Shown here in pieces: positions 22,176 to 33,777 of a DNA stretch of 64,000 nucleotides. The position numbers and the translations under genes were made by a program. Numbering within the stretch: position 1 is the stretch's first letter; each line of letters opens with the position of its first letter. Location: contig BROI01000007.1 in assembly GCA_027923505.1 (NCBI GenBank), forward strand, positions 620,001 through 684,000, read 5' to 3'. A model generated the notes under the pieces. It had not been told where the DNA came from and made no database searches. It was given only the letters and a program-made list of their open reading frames with translations. The DNA is from Mayamaea pseudoterrestris. Lineage: Eukaryota.

Positions 22176-23849
22176 ATGCCCTTTCATCACTATCTTCCTG
22201 CTGGGATCTGTATTACAAGAGCGCTTGGCCGACGATACATTTGTCAATCGACATGGTCCTCTTCCTCGCAACTTCGGAGCGTTTCAACGACGACTCGCGA
22301 TGCCACAGTCCAGAAACAATTACAATCGTCGTCCGAATCGACACAGCCAAGGAGTCTTCGAGTCTTGGCGCAGGAAGCGGATCGATTGACGCGCATGGCG
22401 TCCGACTACCGATCACCCGTTTTGAACGAATCTCCACAGAAGCGCCACTCGGACGTTATCATATCCGACTATGCAAGAGCACTGCAGACTGCTAATGAGT
22501 TGTTGAAACTATTGCATTCAACTCACGATAGTCCTGGTAGCGATGATGCGATGGATGGCATTGGAAGCGATGAATCTGCTGCTGGATATATGACGAGCTT
22601 GCATCGATCCTTGCTGACAGTTATTTCTTGGTGCACTCGGATAGTTTTAAGAGTTGAGCTGAAAAATGGGGAAAGTACTACTATCAACGCATTGTCTCCA
22701 CAAGCAGTTGGCGCGACTGCTGGTGACGATGAAGTCAACCTTGACCTCCTGTTTTTGACGGCGATGCAACTGGCTCGCCGCGCTCATCAACTACACCTGC
22801 CGCTCCACCTTCCTTTGTACGAACAACTTGTCAGGGCCGCCGCCATAGTCTCTTACAGGGATGATCTGGTGGAGCAAACTTTGGAAATCAACTCATGGAT
22901 TGACGGCACTTCCTTGAACGCGACGGTGGATGCGTCCTTGTTTGCACATGCCATCTGCGCTTTGGTGAAAACTCACGATTTTCCCCAAATCGTCACTTTG
23001 ATGAATGGCATGCAATACATTTACGATATTAAATACTTGCCGTATGATTTGACAAGTAACTTGTTGCAGCAATTACGAACGATTGCGCAGCAACAACACG
23101 TTAATCTAACAGCGGAAAGTGAGAATACGCCGCGAAACAAACGAGACGCAAGGCGACATGCAACTCGAGCAATGAAACAACGCACTGCATTGACCTTGGA
23201 ACGAAACATGACTCAACTACTATCGCTTCTGGAGCCGTCGGTCAATTTTTACTTGCATCAACAGTCGAACAATCTAAAAAAGTCGTTGCGGCTGGACATG
23301 AAGGATTTGCTGAGTGAAATGGAGTCATCGCACCAGCAAAAGGATGAGATGGCCACTTCTTTGGAAGACTCGCTGGATTTGGATGAGCACATTGATACTC
23401 TAAATGATAATGATGGATCGACTGGCAGAGCTGCTTCGGTCGGGGATGCCATTTCAGTAGTAGATTGCGCGGATCGAATTGCACGACGTCGATTATCGGA
23501 GCTTTTGAAGACGAAGAGTTTCGAGACTAAAGCAGTCCGTATTGGCTCTCGCAGTGACTGCGATAGCGATGAGAGTGTGGATGTGGGGGAAAGTCGAGAC
23601 TACTTATACATGCGGGAGTTTGGTGAATCTTCGCACGATGTCCCAGATGTAACAGCACAATTTACCAAGCTCAATTTTGGCCGTCCAATTTTATTCAGTG
23701 CTGTATACGAGCATATGTTATTGCAGAGCGAGTTTGACGAAATGGAACAAGACTTTCTTGATTCGTTCATGATGGACAATACCGACTCTGGGTCTGATTT
23801 CGATGATGATGATGATGATGACGACGACGACGACGACGACGAATTCTAA
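22176..23849 (+). CDS. Hypothetical protein with poly-Asp C-terminus (start uncertain)
   Basis: Long ORF, Ser/Arg-rich N-terminus, (GAT)n(GAC)n tract near the end. Confidence 0.7.
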   Translation: MPFHHYLPAGICITRALGRRYICQSTWSSSSQLRSVSTTTRDATVQKQLQSSSESTQPRSLRVLAQEADRLTRMASDYRSPVLNESPQKRHSDVIISDYARALQTANELLKLLHSTHDSPGSDDAMDGIGSDESAAGYMTSLHRSLLTVISWCTRIVLRVELKNGESTTINALSPQAVGATAGDDEVNLDLLFLTAMQLARRAHQLHLPLHLPLYEQLVRAAAIVSYRDDLVEQTLEINSWIDGTSLNATVDASLFAHAICALVKTHDFPQIVTLMNGMQYIYDIKYLPYDLTSNLLQQLRTIAQQQHVNLTAESENTPRNKRDARRHATRAMKQRTALTLERNMTQLLSLLEPSVNFYLHQQSNNLKKSLRLDMKDLLSEMESSHQQKDEMATSLEDSLDLDEHIDTLNDNDGSTGRAASVGDAISVVDCADRIARRRLSELLKTKSFETKAVRIGSRSDCDSDESVDVGESRDYLYMREFGESSHDVPDVTAQFTKLNFGRPILFSAVYEHMLLQSEFDEMEQDFLDSFMMDNTDSGSDFDDDDDDDDDDDDDEF

Positions 23850-24137
23850 TCACAATTACGCTTTCTTCTACTGTAATGCTATGCACGCATTGCGAAGTAT
23901 ATTTCCTCCCTTGCTAACTGTAAGTACAGTATTTCTCAGTTTTTGCGCCGATATTATGTTGCATTGTCCAATACCTGTGCGACTAGCAAACGACGGACGG
24001 AGTTGCATCTGCCGCGCCAATGATGTGGGTGCGTCAGCCGCCACGGGTCGCAAATCGGTTGCTTTGATCTGTCTGCACAGTTCAACTTCCTGTACTTGCT
24101 TCGTTTGATAAAGCTGACTAACATTTATAAGTCTATC

Positions 24138-25386
24138 ATGTCTTCAGCTAATCAGAATCTCAAGCTTGTAAGTGCATAGTAAATGCGTATTGACACGCGT
24201 CGTCGCGGAAGGCGTTTATGGAATGTTTGTTACTACGAAACATTCTTCGACAGCAGTCAACGGCCAACGGATCGACATCAATGTATATATGATACTTGTA
24301 TTATTATTTGTGTGCGTATCGTCATCTCATGTCCGTGTTTGTTGGTGGCAACAACGCCCTTCCTCCTTCAGCTCCTCTTGGTGGGCGCCTGGTATGCGGG
24401 CAACACGTTCTACAACATTTACAACAAGAAGGCGGCCAACATGCTTCATGCACATTGGTTTCTTGCCGCTGCTCAGTTAGTGGTTGGTATCGTCTGGTCA
24501 CTCGTCATGTGGGTCACTGGAGTGCGCAAGGCTCCGCGTTTGACGGCGCAGGACATTGCCTCGTGCATTCCCATCGGGCTTTTTGCGGCTTTGGCACATG
24601 CTGGGTCCGTCCTGGCGTCGGCTGTCGGTGCCGTCAGTTTTGCACAAATTGTCAAGGCATGTGAGCCTGTATTTGCTGCGGTTGTTGGAGTTCTTATTCC
24701 ACCTGCCGATATCAAGCCGATGCTTGCATACCTCATGTTGCTGCCCATTGTCGGAGGTGTCGGCCTCGCATGTATCAAGGAAGGCAAGGGAGTAGACATC
24801 AACTACACTGCTTTTGCATATGCTTCTATGGCGAACGTTGCGGCTGCTTTAAAGGGAAAGCTTGGAGGATCTGTCACCAAGGCACTCAAGGGTGACAAAA
24901 ATAAGAACATGGATGCCGCCAATGTAAGCAAATAATGATGTTCCTAGTCTAATGATGGTCCTTTCGCCCATCAATCCTCCTAACAAACGGCCCACACAGG
25001 TGTATGCTGTCATGAATATCATTTCCTTTATATGCACGGTCCCCATGGTCATCATCACGGAAATGTCAACTTTGCCGGCCGAGTGGAACGCTGCCGTCGC
25101 AAAGCATGGGACTTATGCGCTTGTCTACAACATTGTGCTTAGTGGCTTTTGCTTCTACATCTACAACGAGTTTGCCTTTGCTTTCACTGCACAGGTTGGC
25201 GCTGTCACTTCGTCTGTATTAAATACAGCCAAACGCGTCATTATCATTGTTGTTTCGGCCGTTGTTTTCAATGAAGCCATGGAACGAAACACTGTCCTTG
25301 GATCGGCTATCGCCATTGTTGGAACATTTGCTTACTCGCTCGCTTCCAAGGCATCAACAGCGGCACCAAAGAAGAAGACAGCCTAA
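24138..25386 (+). CDS. TPT: Triose-phosphate/phosphate translocator without presequence; introns 24168-24371 and 24924-24999
   Basis: Spliced MSSANQNLKL-LLLVGAWYAGNTFYNIYNKK, VSFAQIVKACEPVF, VLNTAKRVIII. Confidence 0.92.
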
Positions 25387-26500
25387 TCGCAGTTGCCAGT
25401 AAGTAGCTTGCTATGTGTTAGAGTTTACTAGCAACATGTCAAAACCAGACACTCTGGAACAGCTTGCTAGATAAACTTAGCTTACTGTCTAATGCCGCGA
25501 TGACGGTATTGTAAGACTTCCGTCACTATCAACCACAGTTGAGTTGGCAATCTATTTGTGTAAGAGAAGGGAGTTGATGCAGACTAAGTGACCACTGGGC
25601 AACATATTGCTTGGAAAATCTGTGCTGCGAATAGCCGACATGACGCCTCTTCCAAGGGTTGAATACGACCATATCATGCACTGCTCTATGCGGGTTCAAG
25701 AGTTATCAAACTTCTTGTTCGTAAGGTTTGATATGGTTTAGGCGTACAGTACCGTAGTATCGATGCTCGAAAGCTACTTGTACCGGTAGTCATGGCTGTA
25801 AACGTGCTAGCCAATCTAGCAAAGGCGATCCGGTACAGCATTTTGACTAGCGGTATTCGTCTGACCGCCAAGAAACACCATTATTGGACTACAAAGAAGT
25901 CGTCAATTTTAAAGTAACGTAACGATTGCTGACTACTGCTCGATCATGGTTCATGGTTTGTTGCTTATTCTTTGGGTTGATATGAAAAATGCTCTGAATC
26001 TTACCCCCGTCAGAGTGCGTGATTTAATTTAGCTTGAATGATAATATATCCAATGTCCAGGATAACAGAATAACGAGCTCCATCACGCCAATTGAAAGGA
26101 TAGCATGTTGTGGTCGGAGACGACTGACGAATATGAATTATGAATGCTCGCTGCGAACTTTTCTCCCCATCATGATCGGTTTCGACGTTCGGAAGGGTTC
26201 GGTGTTGTCGTAGGCGACAAAGCGTTTGATGGATGGACTACAATGAACGGCATGTACCGGAAGATACGAGACCTGCATTGAATGTTTCGTCGGTACAAAT
26301 GTGTGACTGGAGCCTGTGCTGACTGTGTGACGGACGGCACGAATCGCCAAACAAACATATGAAAACGTCATTATGTCGCACGATCAATAAACTTACCGCG
26401 TTACTAACTTTCACCGCGAACCTACGAAAGCCAAGGACAACGTGACTCTGCTTAGTGCCCTCTTGCATCGTTTGATCTGTCTTTGGCTCAGTCGTTCACC

Positions 26501-26991
26501 ATGAGTGCCGTTGTAGTAAAGACGCGTAAATTTAAGAAGAATCCTCTGCTCTCGCGAAAGCAGGTACGCTTCTTTTTCGACGAATGGAACTGCTGATATT
26601 CGCGAGAATGATTATCTCACTTCTTCCTTGCGCGTTTCTTCTGCAGTTCATTGTTGATATCATTCATCCTGGACGCCCTAATGTTCCCAAGACTGAGCTG
26701 CAAGATGTCGTCGGAGGCATGTACAAGGCTGATCCTAAATTGACTGTTCTCTTTGGCTTCCGAACCAAATTTGGTGGTGGCCGCAGCACTGGCTTTTGCT
26801 TGATCTATGATTCGGAGGACGCCATGCGGAAGTTCGAGCCCAAGCATAGACTAATTCGCAAGGGAGTTTTGGAGAAGAAGGAGTACTCCAGAAAAGCAAT
26901 GAAGGAGGCAAAGAACAAAGGCAAGAAGATTCGTGGTACTGGCGCAAGCATTGCCAAGCACAAGGCCAAGCGCGCTGCTGGCGATGATTAA
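26501..26991 (+). CDS. RPS24: 40S ribosomal protein S24 (eS24); intron 26564-26646
   Basis: KTRKFKKNPLLSRKQ|FIVDIIHPGR, FGFRTKFGGGRSTGFCLIYD, KFEPKHRL. Confidence 0.97.
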
Positions 26992-27086
26992 ACTACCATT
27001 CCTTCGCACACTGGATATAATAGTAGATATTCCTATTGCTTTGTTGAGTGTAGTTCTTTGGTATATATACTATGGTGCGGCAGGCA

Positions 27087-28079
27087 TTATGCTAACTTTG
27101 CTAGCAACGATAACAGTTGCTCCCATAGTTCCAATTCAATAGCTGCATGAGTGTGCAATGCTTCGTCACAATCCATGCTGCGTAAAGCATGAATGCGGTC
27201 CACTCCAAGCGCAGCCAGATCATTATTTCGCCGTTTATCAACAAAAATTAGATCGCGTTCTATCAACTGCAGCATCAACGATAATGACAACTCTCGGGTA
27301 TCCGGCGACACAAACGTTGCCATGTATTCAGCTTCCACAAGCGCAAGGACAGATGCAAATCGACTCGTTCGCTGACTATCAGACTCGTCGGAAGTCAATA
27401 ATGCCGACAGAAAGAACATGGCACGCTTCTGCACGACTGGACTTCCTCCTTTGCGTAATGCCGACTCGAACAAAGGAACCGACTGCTCCAGCTTGCAAAA
27501 TACTGTCTCTGCGAGGTTGTTCTGGCGGACAATGGCCGACATGGCCTGTATCAAGCGTGCCTGAAAAGCGTCCTCCTGGTCATTGGTGAAGAACAAGTCA
27601 CTCAGAGTTTTCAAAGCTCCAGCCTCCAACATTTCCTTTTGCACTGGCGGGTTGTGCTGAGCCATTGTTGCGATAATTCCACAGCATTCGGCCCGTGTCG
27701 ATACAGGGACTTTAGGTTCTTGAATGCATCCCAGCAAGAATGCAACGCCCTTGAGTGCCGCGAATGCTCGAGCGTAATCAATCTGCTCTACAATCTCACG
27801 CAGCTCGAGCAACAACATTTCGAGGCCTTCTTCCTGTTCTTCCGTTATGTCAGCCCCGTCTATCTCCCTTCACTTTTCCATTCGTTGTGCTACCAATTGG
27901 AGAATCTCTTTCATGCGTTGATTCTCGTCAATGATGCCTTCTCGCATGACCTTGTCGAGAAATTCTCGGTCTTCCTGTGCCATGGGCGACAGATCGGTCG
28001 GTCTCGTTCCGTCGGAATACGTGAGTGACCATTTCAAGAGACCAAGCCAAGCCCAAGGGTTTGCAGTAGATGAAGTCAT
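27087..28079 (-). CDS. HSPBP1: Hsp70 nucleotide-exchange factor Fes1/HspBP1 interrupted by an in-frame TGA at 27870-27872
   Basis: WLGLLKWSL..SDGT, DREFLDKVM, IVEQIDYA, AQHNPPVQ; both ORFs share one frame. Confidence 0.85.
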
Positions 28080-28492
28080 GTTTGCACGCTATTGACAGCA
28101 CATAAGCTAGAGCAGAAGTGGTCTGGAGGTACTGTATGTAGTGAAGGTGAAGAGCAAAAAAGGTGCCGGTTGGGTCCATCCAGCGAGCGCGTGACGCTTG
28201 GCGTGTGACGAGGAAGTCGCTTGCGATGCGACACTCCAATCCGACCGACTGACTCACAACGAGCACGTCCTCTCGCCATCGTAGTAATATATTATCACCA
28301 TGGCATGATAATCGCCATGGCTGTTGACCAAGTACAGTACTTCCACGAAGCTCACCTTACTTGTAAAGCAAGTCAGTGAGAAGCTGCTAACGAGACGGCA
28401 TTCGATAGAGGCCAATTGGTGGCTGACGACTACTTCCGTTTCTGTATTCCGCACCTTCCCCATAGACCATTTAATTCTTCATTACAACCCCC

Positions 28493-29587
28493 ATGCGCCG
28501 AGTCTACTCTTGCATGGTGCTTCTTACTTCATTCTCTTTCAGTCGCGCTTTTCACTCGTCGTCTCCGTATTACTGGCATTACCTTAGGCGAACCTTTCGT
28601 GGCACGCCCATAATCGGAATGAATACCTTGGTTAGTGGAGACGGTCCAGCAGATCCCATCGAAATGACGGACGATGAGCGCTATCTCTTTGACTTGAATG
28701 GATATCTTGTGGTGCGCAATGTCTTCGCGCCGGAGCAGGTCCAACAAGCCAATGCTGCTATTGACAGGCATTCGCATGAGTTTGTTGAGCGAACCGACGG
28801 TGCACTTCGCAACGCGGTGGCTGGAACAAACTTTTATGGGACTGGACCTGGACGAAAGGATTTGGGCAAAGTGTTAGAATGGGGATCAGACTCGCAAGTG
28901 TTCAAGGAAGTCTTGGCGCATGCGCGACTCGTCCCAATGTTTCACGGCATTTTGGGCAAGGGCTATAGGATGGACCATCTTCCCTTTATTATTGCACAGG
29001 ACAAGGGCGCGGAAGGCTTTCAACTGCATGGAGGAACGATTGATTGCGTGTCGGGCGAGTACAATCCGCACTTGGCGTACGCGTGTCATCAAGGCACCAT
29101 TCGCACTGCCTTGCTTGGCTGCAGCCTCATTTTAACAGACCACAATCGAGATGACGGCGGGTTTTGCATCGTCCCGGGGAGTCACAAATCAAACTTTAAG
29201 ATGCCCAAGGGAATGGGGGATGGAGAACAGTATGCCGAGTTTATTCGTCAGCCAGTGACCAAGGCTGGGGATGTGGTACTTTTTAGTGAAGGAACGATTC
29301 ATGGGGCGTTGCCTTGGCAGCGCGACCAACAGCGCCGCGTCTGCCTGTACAGATTCAGCCCCGCTACGAATGCATATGGAAGATCTTACTTTGGTCATGA
29401 AGGTGGGGCTTGGCCAGTTGCTATATACGACGATTTGACTGACGCCCAGCGTGCCGTTTTAGAGCCGCCATATGCCAACAGGCTGGATAGACCAAACATC
29501 AACGCGGACAACTCCATTACTATCACGACGAGAGACGAGAGGAAAAAGCAGCACGACAAGGAGGTCTTTGGGACAAAATATTTTTAA
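28493..29587 (+). CDS. PhyH-family (phytanoyl-CoA dioxygenase-like) 2OG-Fe(II) oxygenase
   Basis: FDLNGYLVVRNV, LHGG, IVPGSHK, KAGDVVLFSEGTIHGALPW. Confidence 0.88.
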   Translation: MRRVYSCMVLLTSFSFSRAFHSSSPYYWHYLRRTFRGTPIIGMNTLVSGDGPADPIEMTDDERYLFDLNGYLVVRNVFAPEQVQQANAAIDRHSHEFVERTDGALRNAVAGTNFYGTGPGRKDLGKVLEWGSDSQVFKEVLAHARLVPMFHGILGKGYRMDHLPFIIAQDKGAEGFQLHGGTIDCVSGEYNPHLAYACHQGTIRTALLGCSLILTDHNRDDGGFCIVPGSHKSNFKMPKGMGDGEQYAEFIRQPVTKAGDVVLFSEGTIHGALPWQRDQQRRVCLYRFSPATNAYGRSYFGHEGGAWPVAIYDDLTDAQRAVLEPPYANRLDRPNINADNSITITTRDERKKQHDKEVFGTKYF

Positions 29588-29618
29588 GTTGATGCGTAAC
29601 AAACCATTAAACATAACG

Positions 29619-32600
29619 CTAAAGATTAAACACCATATCTTCGCTTTGTAGTAAGCACTTGAGCAAAGGGTACTCGGAGTCATTTTCCAGATCAGTCGCC
29701 GATGGCATCTCCCACTCAAGTGCAGCAACCAATGCGCGGTGAGCGTCGGAGAAGGCCCGCTGGACTTGCAGGTATCGAAATGCGTTACGACCAACATTAT
29801 TGCTTTCGTTCAATGGATCTTCCACCCACAGTGGATCAAAGTTATACGAGACTCTGTGCTCAAAGTTGCTGCCAGTATTATTCGTCAGCGCGCCATCTTG
29901 GAGGTACATGTGAGGTGATGGAGACTGTCGTGACAATCCATGATGAAGCTGGTGGGGCCTTGCCATCATTAAGGGCCCATGACCAACAGCCTCAGCATTT
30001 CCTTTATCGCTGAAGCTATTTCTTCGGTAAAACTGAGTGTTTGCGGCAGGATGACTAATGTAGGTAGGTGTTTGCCATGACGGGGGCGTCGGAGTAGGAA
30101 CCGATGGTATAGTTCTGGGTTGCAAGCGAGATGACGAGTAACTTGGACGCGCAAAGTACTCCCGTCGTCGAATGCTAAGTCCTGTCGTCCGAGGATCAAA
30201 GAAATTGCCAAAAAAGTCCAGAAAGGATATCAAAAGGGCCCCAACGTCGACAAAGACCGAAGGTTGTTCCTGGAGGAATCGCGCAACCATTAAGAACAAG
30301 CAGTACGATGACAAACCACCAGTATACGCCGTCAAAAGGCTCTTGGTCAACAAAAATTGCTTCAGTACAAGCACCAGAGCTTGAATTGTTGGTAGTTCCT
30401 TTATAATCTGAGTCACCAATTCGACAGCCTCAAGGCCATGATGCCCGGGTGCATCAAATGTTATATCTAGCTGAAGTGCTCTGCCTTTCGCCTCTTTCGT
30501 AGAAACTTTAATCACAGGAACTAATGTGCGCTCTATCAACTTTATCGAGCGAGGGTCGATCCAAGGCTCGGCCTTTAACTTTCGGTATAAAATTTTCTGT
30601 GAGCTTTCGTTGATGGCGTTGCGGCCTTCCAATACACCAGGCGCCACAGCAACATCATTTTTGTGCACCGCTGGCAAACAGATGATGAAGTCAACGTCTG
30701 ATGATGGCAAACAAACGCCAGTTACATGACTCCCATACAGTTTTACTTGTGCTCGCGGCCACAACGTGTTGACTAATCGCATCATGCGTTCAACAGCATT
30801 TTGGCGTAACTGACTCTGCTTGCGAAGCTGCGCATGTGTAGCGTCGACAAACTGCCAGATATCTAAAGCCAGTCGCGATTGCATTCCATTTCGACGTAAT
30901 GGTTCATTGTATTCCCTTGTTTGATTAACAGATGAAGGAAAATGAAACTGCGTAGATTGTAGTGCCGCACTCGTTTGGTCTATAGACCAATCTGATTCCG
31001 TCATGCCAAATCCATGACGTCTCAAGGCTACAGACTCTTCACTCGCCATCGACTCGTGCTCTGCTCGAAATCCTGCATCACTCATTGCAGCCAGCGTTCT
31101 AGCTCTAGTTGATATGAAACCATGAGCCACCGACTCTGGGTCGAATACAGGCTCAGCAAGATTCGGTTGGAATGGACCGCCTGAAACACTGGCTGCTGGT
31201 GTTGACGACACCCTCTGTGTCGCAAGCAAATTAGTTAACTTTGCGACTTCTGCTTCAAGGGTTAAACACATGTCCCGATACGCATTGCGCTCTTCTCGCA
31301 ATCGCGTCGTTTCATCAGATTCATGATGAGTCGGTGCTGATGTGATGGTAGTCGTTTCATCTTTTGTCGTCGTGTTATTATCGCCATCGTCAATGCTTGT
31401 GTCAGGGCGATCCAGCCAATGGTCCATGTCAACTCCAGCTTCAAGTGTTTCGCTCCTGGCGCACAAATCTCTTGCTTCGCGTGAATTGTCAAAGTTAACA
31501 TGGCTTGGAGGTCTAGGCGATGTTGTCGACCCTGCAGTGGTGGTACACATTCCGGGCATCAAAGAGCGACTTGAAAGGCGGTAGCGATAAGTAGGTACGC
31601 CCCCGGATGGTACTCCTGCCTTGTGGACAAGAGGAATGGTCTCTCTGATGTCATGGTCGTCTCGCGCTTTCATTACAGCATCTTTCACCATCACAAAGCG
31701 ATAGCTTGAGAGGGCATCAGCCGGCCTGCGTTGTCGCTGAATATCATGATCGTCTCTTGATTTTATTGGCCGAGTAATACCAGAGCGGTAACTAACACTG
31801 CGCGATACCTTGACAGCCACTGTCTCGCCCATTGACGCAGTAGCGACCGCTAGAGTTCGGACATCGTCACGCGACCTAGTAGCATGCAAAGGTCGCATAT
31901 TAGTTGCCGTGACAACTGCTGGCGTTTCCGCACCAGTTGAGGAAGATAGTGACCGAGATAAATGCGGCTTTGAAGGCACAATTATGTCCACAGCCTTGCC
32001 CGATTTATCCACTCGACTACCCTTACCAGACTCCTCTCCCACTTTAAGTGAAAGACCATCTAACCTTGCTTTCGTCAAAGGCTCAAAACTCTGTTTCTCG
32101 GCTTGCGTTAGCTGCGGCTCAAATCCAACAAAGTCAAGAGTTGGAACTCGTATCCTGGAATTAGACGCAACTTGGTCAAGACTCGGAAAAAGCTCTGTAA
32201 AAATACTCTGCTCTCGAGATGCAAAGCCTTGAACACGTCCCCAATCGTCGAGTGCCGCATCACTTACGTCCCAGACCATACCACTGGCGTTCACAACAGC
32301 AGCGGGATTTTCGTGAGAGAGCTTTCGAATTGGAGAGGCACCTAGTATTCCGGACGTTGGTGTCGTTGCCAAAAACTGCTGCTCCGTCGCAACCATTGGC
32401 TGATTAGTCGGCAGCAGCACGGAATGTTGTGATAAGGCAACACCTGTCACCGGAACCATGGTATCGTCAACTAAAAGGTCGAACTTCTTTAAGAGGGGCG
32501 CAGTAGAATGTTCGCAGCGAGGGCTCGAGGTAGAATTATCAGGTAGACCGACCTTTCGACAAGCATTTTCGACTATCTCCTCAACAATAGAGAGAACAAA

Positions 32601-33553
32601 TATAGTGTTACGATGACGCTCGCGTGACGACGTCTTATTATCTGGAAAGGAGAGCTCCTGCTGCAACGAGTCAGCATCGTCATGGTCATTTTCCATAAGA
32701 ACTGACAAACTTTTCGTCATCTTACTGCTGCTCACACCTCCCACACTTTTACTCTTTCGATGACAATTCTTTTTTCGGCATTTCTTTTTGTGCCCATTCT
32801 GATTAAAGTCAACTTTAGACATTGAATCCTGTTCAAGCTCAGCAAGCAGTGACTCGGCCACAAGCGATGTGAGGAGCTCATGAACGTTTCTAGATATCGA
32901 CCGTTTCAGTTCCACCATGTGAGCATCAGCCATGTCTTCTAAGGTCAGTTCGTGTAAATTTTTCAAGCATCGTCGGGCACACGGGCGTGAAGTACTTCTA
33001 CAAATGCCATTACGTGGGCAAATTTCCAAGAGCCGCCATAAAAAGCTATCAATAATCCTCGACGTTTTTACTTCAACCAGCACATTTTCCTTCAATGCTG
33101 CCCCGACAACTCGATATATGACCAACCAGACAGTGTCTTCGGTCATGTGATTGAAAGCAGAAAAGACTTCACCGTGTGTGTTTATTGGTTTAGTGCCCCA
33201 GAACGCTTTCCATAGAGAAAATTCAAAGCGACATGCCAAGTATTTGCTCAAAGAGAACCAGTTCTCTGTTGGCTGCAGCCATGTGGTATTTGTTGTCGGT
33301 GAGTCGGACGCAAATTTACCTCGCGATGCAACCTTTAACATTCTGAAAACGAGGCGTTTCTTTGTAATGCCAGTTTCTGTGTTGCAGCCGAGGCAGAGCT
33401 GGTCCGTGTTGTACGAGCAGCTGTATCGTCCATTCCTCAATATATGAACCACAGTACCTGCTTGTAAGGCAGTGTCCATTTCGATTTGCTCTCGCGTGCA
33501 CCCCATAGTCAATCGTTGATGGCAGCGCCCCGATGCCTCGCCTTCGAAATTTC
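29619..33553 (-). CDS. Non-canonical poly(A) polymerase/nucleotidyltransferase (TRF4/TENT4-like), frame runs into LTR, probably 5'-truncated
   Basis: LYGSHVTGVCLPSSDVDF, VPVIK, LDITF, YTGGLSSY, VEDPLNESNNVGRN. Confidence 0.88.
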
Positions 33554-33750
33554 TGTTGAGCATGGATGAGAACCCAAACCGAAGCGGCAGCGGTGACGTC
33601 ACGAAGACGGTCAGTAGGCGTGGTAGCGGCGGCGACCGAAGAGGGTGGGAGCGTCTTCGGAGAAAATAAGTAAAGTGGTTTTATTGACTCTGTTCTGCTT
33701 AATCATTAGTGTCGCTTCAAGGGCGCGCAAGATATATTCTAGATCCAACA
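33554..33750 (+). repeat. 5' LTR of element 2 (197 bp)
   Basis: First 60 and last about 92 nt identical to the 3' LTR; central block differs. Confidence 0.93.
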
Positions 33751-33777
33751 TTTTCTCCAAGAAGCGAGTGAAAAGAC

